Source: Sphaerodactylus townsendi (taxonomy: Eukaryota). From it: DNA of 64,000 bases. Under the pieces are notes generated by a model, which searched no databases, had not been told where the DNA came from, and saw only the letters and a program-made list of their open reading frames with translations. The position numbers and the translations under genes were made by a program. Below, piece by piece: positions 1-10,211 of this stretch (the stretch's first letter is position 1; every line of letters starts with the position of its first letter). The stretch lies in contig NC_059432.1 of assembly GCF_021028975.2 (NCBI RefSeq), forward strand, positions 68,386,001-68,450,000, in the 5' to 3' direction.

Positions 1-112
1 AAAATTTAAAAACACACAAACGACCCTGAAATGTTGGCGCCCCCCCACGTGACCAAATGGGGGGCACCTGGGGACATAGGGTACCCCCTGTCCCTAGGCA
101 GGTACGCCACTG
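1..112. mobile_element. End of a non-autonomous DNA transposon (hAT-like), truncated by the window edge
   Basis: Ends in GTACGCCACTG, the reverse complement of a CAGTGGCGTAC-type terminus; GC-rich subterminal sequence. Confidence 0.4.
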
Positions 113-305
113 AGTCCAACCCCCTGCAACGCAGGAACACATTATCAAGGCACTCCTAACAGATAGCCATCCAGACTCTCTTGAAAAACCTCCAAAGAAG
201 GAGACTCCACCACACTCCGAGGGAGTGCATTCCTCTGTCGAACAGCCCTGGCTGTCAGGAAGTTCTTCCTGATGTTTAGGTAGAATCTCTTTTCCTTCAC
301 CTTGA
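113..305 (-). mobile_element. CR1 LINE 3' fragment
   Basis: Minus ORF KRFYLNIRKNFLTARAVRQRNALPRSVVESPSLEVFQESLDGYL is the typical CR1 ORF2 C-terminus. Confidence 0.85.
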
Positions 306-369
306 AGGAAGGAGAGGTGGAACTGGTGAGAAGGATTAATTTACTAACCAGCATTATTGTAATATTTTT

Positions 370-498
370 GTTAATTGGTTTTAAAGTTTTAAATCAAGAT
401 TTCTATCTTAAAGTTGTATGATGTTTTAAATTACGTTGTAACCCGCCCAGAAACCTTCGGGGATGGGGCGGGATATAAATCCAGCAAATAAATAAAAA
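370..498 (+). mobile_element. L2-type LINE 3' tail
   Basis: GTAACCCGCCCAG...GGGGCGGGATATAAAT followed by a (TAAA)n tail. Confidence 0.55.
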
Positions 499-1811
499 GG
501 TTGGGGACTCTGATCTAAATAAAGGTTCACTTTGTGCCTCTGTTTCCCTCCCCTGTTGGTATTTGAGAGGTACAAGAGCCACAGCCCCTACGATATGCAG
601 GAGAGCATCAAGAAAGAGGTCAAGGGGGATCTGGAATGTGTGTTCTGTAACCTTGGTAAGTAAATGTGAAGGTGGCTGGTCTGAATGCCCAAATGCAGAG
701 GGCCGAGGGGCAGGAATCGCTGACCTGTCCCTGCTTTGGTGTGACAGAGGCCGGCTGCTCATCTCTGCACGGCTGTGGTTGACCCAAAGGGGCTTTCCCT
801 GCAAAGGCCAAACTTACTCATACTTCAAAACTCACCAGAAGTTTGTGTCTTGCTGGATCACACCCGGGACCACTGAAACACTCGCTGGCCGTCAGCTTAA
901 GATCTCCAAAACAAACACTGGGGGGAGCCATGAAATTGTGTTTGAGCAGAAGACAGGTTAGATGTGTCGGCTAGGAGGGGGGTTGGGCTAAAAGCATGTG
1001 GATCTTCATAGCAGCAGAAGAATTTGACACAATCTGAATTCTTCTGACTTTTGGAACACTGGTACAGGTTACCTCAAAGAACAGCCCCCTCCCTTCATTT
1101 TGGCAGTTCTACATGTTTTTCAGTCACTACTCAAAAGGAAATCTTTATTTCAGACTGACTGGTTCCACAAAAGAAAACCATATTTCCAGGTCCCTTCTGC
1201 ACTAGAATATCTCCATGAAGCCTGCTATTGAGAGGCTCCTTGTAAGACCCGTAAGCTGTTTCAGCACTTCTGTGGACCCCAGAATTTTTTACACTTTACA
1301 AAACCTCAACACTTTTCTCACCGTCTTGAACACGTAATTCAAGGTGAGAGGGATCTGTTAAAAACAGACATATGGCTTTGCTTTCTCAAGGCAAATTCTA
1401 AACTGCTTCAGAGGCCGCTGCTCATGCAAAATAGACACAACTCCCAAGCACATTAGTATCATCCCAGCATTTTGTATTATTCCAGACATCGGCTATGGGC
1501 AATGTCAGAATTTATGGACTTCCCATATCTAGCCATTGTCTCCAATTGCTTCCCACTGAAAGAAAGCTATGATCATCAGAATATATGAGGAACTAAAATC
1601 ACACAGGGTCACTTTTGTGTTTTTTACTAATTCAAGGAGGTATTTATGGGATTTTTTCTATCATTTTACTTCAATTTCTTTTGACCTATTGCTTTATCAG
1701 CCCCCTTTCCCATCTATGCTTTAATATGCACAAAGTCAGGCCTCTCAGCACCAGTCCCTCTATTCACTCCCCCTTTTTTCTCTGTTCCAGAGCATTGTCT
1801 GTTCTACCAGC

Positions 1812-3341
1812 GTGACCAGAAGTCACTTTAGGAAAGCTATTTTGAAGGTTTGGTTAGATTACAAAAGGAAAAATATTGTGCAAACTCCCAACTGGATCTC
1901 TCCGCACGAAGCTCTTATGTTAAAGCCAGGTATTCAAGACAGATACTTAAAATATAAAGATCTCACTTATTGGGATAATTCTACCTGTAAACTAAAGGAA
2001 AGACATGAAATCATAGTTCATAAGCAACAATGTCAATGGTTCCTTTATTGCCAGCTGAAAGAAAAAATTCGTCAAGACTTTAAAAGAGGTTTTGAAAGAA
2101 AAGACTCAGAGCTATGGTCATCATTATGTAAAGGGAATTTATTAATGATTAGGAAGACTTATAAATTGTTACTGGATAGAGATACAGAAGAAGAAATTGT
2201 TAAAGAATCTATGGTGAAATGGTCTCAAGATTTGGGGAAAACAATTGATTTAGATAAATGGTCAAGAGTTTGCACCAAAAATTTAAAATTTACTTTATGT
2301 TCAAATTTAAAAGAGAACTATTTTAAAATGTTATATCGGTGGTATCTCTATCCCAGTAAGTTGGCCAAAATGTACAAAGATTCTTTGAAGATTTGTTGGA
2401 AATGTCATAATGCCAAAGGTACCTTTTTCCACTTATGGTGGAATTGTAAAGGAGCAAAAATCTACTGGCAGGGGGTATATGACTTGATTATAAATATTTT
2501 GGGTTATCAGATAAATTTTTTACCAGAATGATTCCTACTAAATATTCTTGACAAGGATATAAGAAAGAACATGAAATATTATTTTTGTATATGACAACGG
2601 CTGCCAGAATTGTTTATGCAAAAGACTGGAAAATGCCACATATGGAACTGAACAAGTGGCTTTCTAAAATGCTAGAGTTTTTAGTTATTGATAAACTTTC
2701 AACTCTCAAAAAACAACAGAACTTGGAAACTTTCAGGAGAAATTGGAATCCTTTGGTGTTTTTTTTCAGAAAGCAGCAATACCATTTAGAGAATTGTAAT
2801 TTATAATAGGTATTGGTGTATTAACTTACAAAATTGTATTTTGTTTCCTCCATTTAGATGTACTTATTAAGTTAGAATGTGATATCAGATGAAAAGTTCT
2901 TCTACGCCGAAAAAAAATACTTTTGAGTTATTTTTGTTGTTGTGAAGATTGTCATGATTACTTTGATTGTTGGTTGCTTATTGCTGCAATTTAAATTGCA
3001 ATAAGAAATTTCATGGATGTAACAAATTGCATATTATTGTGTATATATATAATTGGCCATGCTGGCAGGGGCTGATGGGAATTGTAGCCCATAACATCTG
3101 GAGTGCCAAAGGTTCGCCACCACGGATATAGACTGTAAGATGGTTAAGGTTAGAATGTTTCTTTTTTGAGTTTAGAGATATGTAAATCTAGCTGGAAGTC
3201 CTTCCTTTATGTTTCTTTTCTTCTTTCTTTCTTTCCTTCTGTTCTCTTGGGATCTCATTTGCTTAATTGCTTATAAATGATTGTATTATGAATTGTACGA
3301 TAATGAACTACCAATAAACTTTAAATCTTAAAAAAGAAAGA
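1812..3341 (+). mobile_element. 5'-truncated L1/Tx1-clade LINE (ORF2 C-terminus, 3' UTR, A-rich tail)
   Basis: ORFs 1812-2531 and 2585-2806 carry KMLYRWYLYP and the CWKC...GTFFHLWWNC zinc knuckle; broken by a stop at 2529-2531; AATAAA near 3314 and an A-rich tail; a small MITE piece sits at about 3054-3125. Confidence 0.85.
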
Positions 3342-4449
3342 ATTACTTTGCCACTGCATCAGGGTCTTATTACAATGGCACTTTAGCAAATCTATGTCCC
3401 AAGAGTTTCAATGATATATCACTACTATAAATGTTACAATTATTGTCTACTGCAGCAAAACACCAAAATTGTCTTGTGGTACTTTAAAGACTAACAGGTT
3501 TATTACTGGATACAACAGATTTTTACACCTGATTTTGGCCACAGTAAATCAGTTCCTCTTTAAGGTGTAACGAGCCTATTTATTGGTTTTTCATGAGAGG
3601 CTCACAAGTGGACCCAGGATCACACCCTGCTCATAAACACCTTTGCCAGCATGGTTACCTGTATGGCTGATATATCCCATCTGATAACACTGAGCAGTAC
3701 TACATGTCTGTATGCCATAAGGGTTTTTTTCCAGCAAGGGGAAGAAACATGACATGGACTCGTTATCTTTGTTATTTGGCCCTGGGACAAAGTACATACT
3801 TACTGACCAAATGGCTTAATGTTTTTGGGAGAAAAGTTGTACATATGAGAATTGAAACATATGAACAGGAGGCAAAGAATGTATGAAAGCAACTTTGGCA
3901 GGTTCTGGGCCTGTTCACGGATGCACATTTATCACACATTCACTGTAGCATCAAATGAGGATGCGTGCGCATGAATGAACCATTTAATCACTGTAAATGG
4001 AACTTTCACATCATCCAATGTTAACTCAAACACATTGTTTAATAGAGACAGTTCATATCCAGCTAAGACCCATCAAACAATGTACATACGTCTGTGAACC
4101 ATGGATCCATAAATCCCCATTCTGACAATATTATACATCTTACTATACATCAGAAACATTTACCCATTTAAAACATTAGTATTTAGGGAGGACATGCATA
4201 CTGCTGAATTTTTCAGATCTTTTAATTTCTTTTTTTAATGGGACATGTGCATTTGTGTTTCTGCCCAAGTCATCCATCAGATTGTGTAACATGGGCATAT
4301 ACCAGCATGCATATGGTATGTTTGGATCTGAACCTATCTATTTAAAAAAGAACTAGAAGGCAAGAAAACAGGACTTTGCTTAGTGCTGAACAGGAAACAA
4401 AAATGTACACAACCTACTATTACAGTCTCTTCCAAGGCTTTAAAAATAA

Positions 4450-5355
4450 TATCTTCTGTGCAATGGGTATTACAACACTACATCCATCTGCTTTTCCAAA
4501 CATCATAATGCACTCATTTGGAATTCATAGCCTTTATGCACTCCCATTCTATGTTATGTTTCATTGCTGATGCATATTGAAATCTCATGTGTCTGATCAC
4601 AAATTCTACTTCGTCACATTGCTTTTCGCCACCAATGATATTTGCTAATGCAAAAAATATACAAATAGTTGTCATCACGTTTATACCTAAAGCCACTGGG
4701 TAAATTCCCTGATCTTTCTCTTCTTTCCACATAAATGAATTTTCTCAGAACTGCACAAGTCTCTTATGAGCTAGGCATTTGAAAGGGCAGGCTAAGCAAT
4801 TTTTCTCCTCTGTAAACACCTAGTCGTGAAAGGTGCCAAAACCCTTCAAATCTCACAAAGTTGTGAATTGTTGTTTCTTAAAATCAAACATGAATTACTG
4901 AGCTTTTTTGCAATAAACTAGAGCTCTTCTGAATGACAGGACCAATTATATTTTCACAATGGGTGTATGTGTGCAGTCTACTGTGATAGAGTCACAGTCA
5001 GAAGTCGACTGTAAGCCCCAAAATCATCCTATATTATGCCACAAAGGTCAAAGATAACATTCTCCTTTTACTAACCATCTGATTGGTTATCATTTTTTTC
5101 TGAGTGAACCACAACCTTCCAGATATGGAGACAGTGGGGCCGGAATGGACAACATGAATACTTTTTGCAGAGGAAACTGCATTTTCTCTTTTAGCAGGCC
5201 TCTAGACATTACCAGGGTAAAAAAAGAAGCATCCAGATCAATATGAGGGCTGCAAGTGACTGAGAATGAACTATCTTTCCAGATAGCTTGATTCTATGGT
5301 AAAGTTGACCTCAAGTAAATTAACTGATTAATGTGCATTTCCAAGTTACTTCTTC
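4450..5355 (-). pseudogene. Decayed C2H2 zinc-finger array remnant
   Basis: Minus-strand fragments RSNLEMHIN (5327-5353), KCSFLCKK, VHSEKK, CLACPFKCLAHKRLVQ-[fs]-EKIH (4735-4798, C-x2-C-x12 spacing), GGEKQCDEVEF..RHMRF (4580-4633) and HRMGVH, separated by stops and frameshifts. Confidence 0.5.
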
Positions 5356-5626
5356 TGCCTTCCTCTACTGCGCTATGGCCTTTTAATATCTAGCACTTTT
5401 ACCTTGTGAATGTACCAATATAGGCCTAAACAAACCACATCTTAACCTTCTCAGTAAGCTAAAAGCCAAGTTCTACAGGTGTCATTGCTTTGGTGCTGTT
5501 GCTGTACATTTATGGAGCCCAACGTAATATCTACATCAACTTCCAATTGATCAGGTCATTTTAAGACCTCCTCAAACTCATTTCAGCTTCAACAAAAGCA
5601 ATTCCTCTAGCAATTCATATATGAAG

Positions 5627-6502
5627 TTAGCAGTTTTCATATTTGTCAAAAGTCTCATAGAACCCTGGTCTGACTTTTCTGATGCTCATACGAAGATGCT
5701 GACATTCATGAGGGACTGACTCGTCATAGCTAGTTGAAGTTGCAGTCCCAGTAATCCAGCCAGAAGATAAGCGCTTCCTTTTTGCCTTATGTGAAAAGTC
5801 TCCAGCTCCCTTGCTGCGTTCAAGAGAAGAGTCATCTTTATTCCTACTGGTGACTTCTTCATCTGGCAGTTCATCTCTACCAGAGGCCATTCCTTTACGC
5901 TTACAAGTTTCTTTCTCCTCTTCTGCAATCTTCCTGAAATGCTCCAGTGACTGTACTTTTCTCCGGCTTTCTAATGTTTCTGTTTGTTTCTTGTCCATGA
6001 AGTCCTCAAAGTACATTTTTCTTTCACTTCTCTGATCTTCAAGAAATTTCCACTCAATGTCTGTCATCTTCACACCACTGTATTGTTCCAGTTTCTCTCT
6101 TGTAACTGTATCTGTACAAAATATATCAAAAAGCTGTTCCGAGCTCCGGTTGAAGTCATCCGCTTTCTGTATAAACAGCTCATTTTTTCTTCGCTTTCTA
6201 GACTGATACAACTTGGAGAATTCCTCATATACCTTAAGTATATGGTTTTTTATGCTATGTGTTGCTATGGTGTACAAATTGCAAAATAACCAGTGTTCTT
6301 GCAAAAGTTCAGCAAGCAATTGGGCAGCATCTTCTTTGGATCGCTGCGCCTGCCCAGCCCTTTTAGGGTGCAGCAAATATAACATATTTTGAATGACATC
6401 CTTCTTTGTAGGCAGAATTCCTTGTGCAAATTCTGATGATTCCACATAATCAACAGTTCCCAGAGTTTTCTTCGCTTTTGCTTTAGTATCTAAAGCTGCC
6501 AT
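5627..6502 (-). CDS. Uncharacterised 291-aa protein, probably derived from the N-terminal region of a DNA transposase
   Basis: Intact 876-nt ORF; strong Kozak ACAATGG; polypyrimidine tract and CAG acceptor just upstream (exon starts at 6526); motifs LPTKKDV, LFDIFC, GVKMT..EWKFLEDQRSERKM; basic NLS-like KAKRKR. Confidence 0.7.
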   Translation of the reverse strand: MAALDTKAKAKKTLGTVDYVESSEFAQGILPTKKDVIQNMLYLLHPKRAGQAQRSKEDAAQLLAELLQEHWLFCNLYTIATHSIKNHILKVYEEFSKLYQSRKRRKNELFIQKADDFNRSSEQLFDIFCTDTVTREKLEQYSGVKMTDIEWKFLEDQRSERKMYFEDFMDKKQTETLESRRKVQSLEHFRKIAEEEKETCKRKGMASGRDELPDEEVTSRNKDDSSLERSKGAGDFSHKAKRKRLSSGWITGTATSTSYDESVPHECQHLRMSIRKVRPGFYETFDKYENC

Positions 6503-7699
6503 TGTTTCTTTCCAGATTCACTTCACCTGAAAAACTACAATAAAAAAGATATATATTTGAATCAGAACATTCATAACAACAAAAATACAAAAGCTTTTTG
6601 AAGCTACTAACCATCTAGGCCTGACATCAAAAGACTTTATGCTATAATACTATAAAGGACTTCAACATCTGTAATCAAATATTTTCTACACACCTTTTTC
6701 TGAACACCAATCTTTCTGAACACTAGCCTCAGATAAATTAATATAATAATCTGCAAAATTAAACTGTCCTATAGAGCAGTGTAGAGTATCAATAAGACTC
6801 TCATTACCTGTAACCTACATTTCCTCCAATCTTTCTGCTGGTTTTTATTCCCAGCAGAGAATGTGTCTAGGATACAGTCTAGTGACAACAAGAATCACTA
6901 CACACTGGTCACATTTTATTTATCACAGAAAGTAATTCCATGTTTTGGAAAACACCACCCTCACTCATAAGTTTTGTTTCATGTTACATATATACTATGG
7001 CTTCAACATGAAGTCTATATTCCAGCAAAGGTCCAGGGTTTCCCTATACTACAACAGCACTTATCTTATTGTCAGTGCATCAGAGACACCTGAGATCATA
7101 TATTAATGAGCAGTCCAATAATTGTATTCTGAACACTAAAAATGAATAGCATGGTGGCAAACCTTTCTTCAAATAATATGTTGCCGCATTTCCAGGGTCT
7201 CTGGGGATCTGGAAATCTTGTCTTCCCAGTAATATCTCCCACTGTTTTAAAGCCACTAAATTTCAGTTATCTGTGCTGAAACGCCAAACACTTTCTCAAT
7301 ATGAACATGTTCATGCATAATCCTATTGGCAAGACTGTCAGATTTAATCTCCAGAGCGTACTTAGACAGAATTTTCTAAAATATTTTAGCGACAGGTAAA
7401 GAAAACCTTAGACTGACTGCAGAATGGAAACATCCAAGAAAATAGCATCAGGTAGCATATACAGAATCCCATTTCCAAATTTGGTTGTCTACTTTGTCTG
7501 CTTTTAAAACACTGGGATACTGTCAAAAGATTCTCAAGCACACAATCGTAAACTTTCACAGCTTAATTGTCAAACTCAGCTGTGGAGACTTCAAGAACGG
7601 TACAGAAATTCTGAAATCCCATCCTTTTAAGCATATCTGAATGCAACGACAGACCAAGAATCGCGTTTTCCTAGCATCTAACAAAATCGGTTTATAGAG

Positions 7700-9300
7700 G
7701 TCATCAGGGGAACTACAATATGACTCTAAAAGCGTGTGTGTGGTGTGGGGGGGGCGGGTAAAAGAGGGAAAGATAGCTGGGAAAACGTTACTACGGAAAC
7801 AGAGATCTAAAATCGCTGATCTGACAGGAAACCCTAAAAAAAAACGCGTGCACAGAAGTGCCACTCAATATGCCTTAGGCACGGTGGGCACAGCGATCGA
7901 TCCTGCAAGTCCACCGACCTTAATCTCCACTTTAGAAAATAAGGCCACAAAACAACCCAGCAGGCAAAAACAACACAGGCTCCGTAAGGAGGATTGGGGG
8001 TGGGTGGGTGGGGCGCCGTCCAGAGTCCCTCCCCACCCCCAGGCCAGGCCGCCAGAAGTCCAGGCTTCACACGTCCCTAGTAAGCCGGCCAGAAGCGATG
8101 CATCTGGCTTGGCCAGCTGTAATCCCGCCTTCTCCTTCGCCCCAAGACCTGCCTTAGAGCCTCGAAACTAACCGAATCAGGTAGGGCGCCAGTCGCCTCC
8201 CGCCTGCGGCCCATCCGCCACCATCTTTGTGATCGTGAAGGAGCGCTACGCAGTGGGGAAAGGGAAATGGTCGCTCGATCAGCCATTTTGAAGAAGGGCA
8301 CCTCTCATACCTGGCAGCGTGAGCTCCTCTATCCCAGCGTCTCTATGACCTAACGCGTGAGTCTCAGTCACAAACGGTTTCTAAAAATCCGGGTGTTGGC
8401 AACTTGTCTTTCGTTCTCACTCTATATCTGAGGCGAAAAGTGGACCCAAGGGAATCTTTGAGTAAGGACGAAAAATAAGGGCACAACCGGGAAATAACAA
8501 CGCTCAATCGCTGTCAGGTAACGTTTACAGGTAGAAGAAGACCTTAGAATACAGGAAGAAAACCTGATTCTATAGGGGGGCGGGTTCAGCACATTCCTTC
8601 GGCGGAACCGATTGGTCTTTAGCTCGAAGCTGATTGGTCGTTGAGCCGCAACAGTCATAACGAGACGTTACCAATCTCTTGGGCGAACGCTAATGCTTCC
8701 AAATACCGAGCGCCACAACGGGCTCCGTTCTTTCCGGGGTCGTGGTCGGATTACCAACCAGATTCGGAGTAGGAAAGAACAAACACGCGACGGCCAGTCT
8801 AGGAACTGCGGTTTACTATACCTGCTGTGTTAATCCCTGTATTTCGCGCTGTCGGAATATGATTGGACTGCTGTAAGAGAAAAAAATGTAATAGTGGCCA
8901 ATAGCTGTAGAGTGAGTTGTAGGGCGCGGATTGGTTTTTTTCGTTTGAGTGATTGAGCCTTAGTAGCCAATGGCGGCGATCTGAGGTCTGCATGAGGATG
9001 GCCTTGGTACCTAAAGCTCCGTCTATCGTAGTCTGCTTTTACGGCAAACGTCAGGATTGGCGAGTGTGGAAATTCGCTGGGTGGACCGACTGGCGGGCAC
9101 GAAGTTGATTGGCGGTCCCTGTTGTTTATTTGTAGCCTCTGTTCCTCAGAGTCCTCTGAGCTCCCTGGCGAGCACGGAGGTCGTTTGGCTGTTGTGACTC
9201 ATAAACCAGCTAGCTTCCATTTTATTTTACCCAGAACCAGTCGCCCCTTCCTTCATTTGTAGCCCAAGTATTTTCTCTCCCTCCCGAGAAGAGAAGCGGT
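7700..9300. promoter_or_regulatory. CpG island / bidirectional promoter between SCLY and the minus-strand gene
   Basis: High CpG density; nine CCAAT/ATTGG boxes (8611, 8633, 8671, 8862, 8898, 8930, 8967, 9056, 9108); GC box 8575-8584; AATGGCGGC near 8969; genes diverge on both sides. Confidence 0.8.
8311..8500 (-). other. Probable non-coding first exon of the minus-strand gene
   Basis: Minus-strand donor CCAG|GTATGAG at 8311 inside the CpG island; YY1-like CAAAATGGCT just downstream (8281-8290); 5' boundary is approximate. Confidence 0.45.
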
Positions 9301-10113
9301 GATGGCTCCCCCAGAAATGCACCCTGATGCTAGAGGGGCGTCTCTACATTCAGTTTTCTCTGCCCAGTAGATGATCTTTGCAACAATCCTGAAAAAACCC
9401 TCAGCTTCCACCGAATCATAAATAGACTAATTTTAGAGGTTAAATGTAGCAAGATGGCTGGAATGTCTTTATTACGATTATGTGTTCCTTAAGTGTGGAT
9501 TTCGACTTCTCAGCTAGGAGGTGTTTCATTCCACCCCCAGTCTTTTTGCTCCCTTCATCGTGGTTGAAAAGATATCCCCTGAGGTTTGAGGCTCTGAGAA
9601 AAGATGGATTGTACTGGAGCAGAATCCTGTTAGTCACCTTCCAATCTCGCCATCTGCAGATAATGATGGTTGTGTTCCTGTTGTTTCAACAGCAGTAGTC
9701 CATGGTGCTGCATACTCAGTGGATGGGAATCCTCATCAGGGGCCATTTCTGTCCACTGAAGAGATGGGGAGGGAGACACCAGGGGACTATTCAGACAGTT
9801 GGTCCTCCCCCTATCCCCAAACCTGTTTACTCAGGATTTAGAAGGCATCCCTTGAAAAGCAGCCTTCTGTTACAGCTGAGTGGTCATTTACAGATAACTG
9901 CCAATTTACTGATAATCATGGGTTTCTCCAGAAAAGGGTGGAAAGTTGTGCTGCTGGATTTTGTAAGTAGTTCTGTAGAATCATGAAACAGCATTTCTGA
10001 AGTCAGTTCAGTAAGCCTTGCCTTCTCTCTGGCTAAGTGAGAGTTAAGTCATCTGTACAAGTTTAAAGGCATTTAACAATACATTACTTTTTTTTAAAGG
10101 AAGTTCTTGAATC

Positions 10114-10211
10114 ATGGAGAAAGTTCAAGCCAAGAGGGTGTTAGTTAACAATGGAAAGGAGATCTGTGAGGAAATTGGCTGTCCTGGAGAAGGAAAGATG
10201 TCATCAAGCAG
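10114..10211 (+). CDS. SCLY: SCLY coding exon 1 (MEKVQAKRV...KMSSS)
   Basis: ATCATGG Kozak; acceptor TTTTAAAG before 10100; donor AG|GTCTGT in phase 2 matches the next exon; peptide is poorly conserved. Confidence 0.7.

Noticed and set aside
1-9300. UBE2F, the upstream neighbour of SCLY in human
   Set aside because: No UBE2F exons recognised; it may lie outside the window, so no rearrangement can be claimed.
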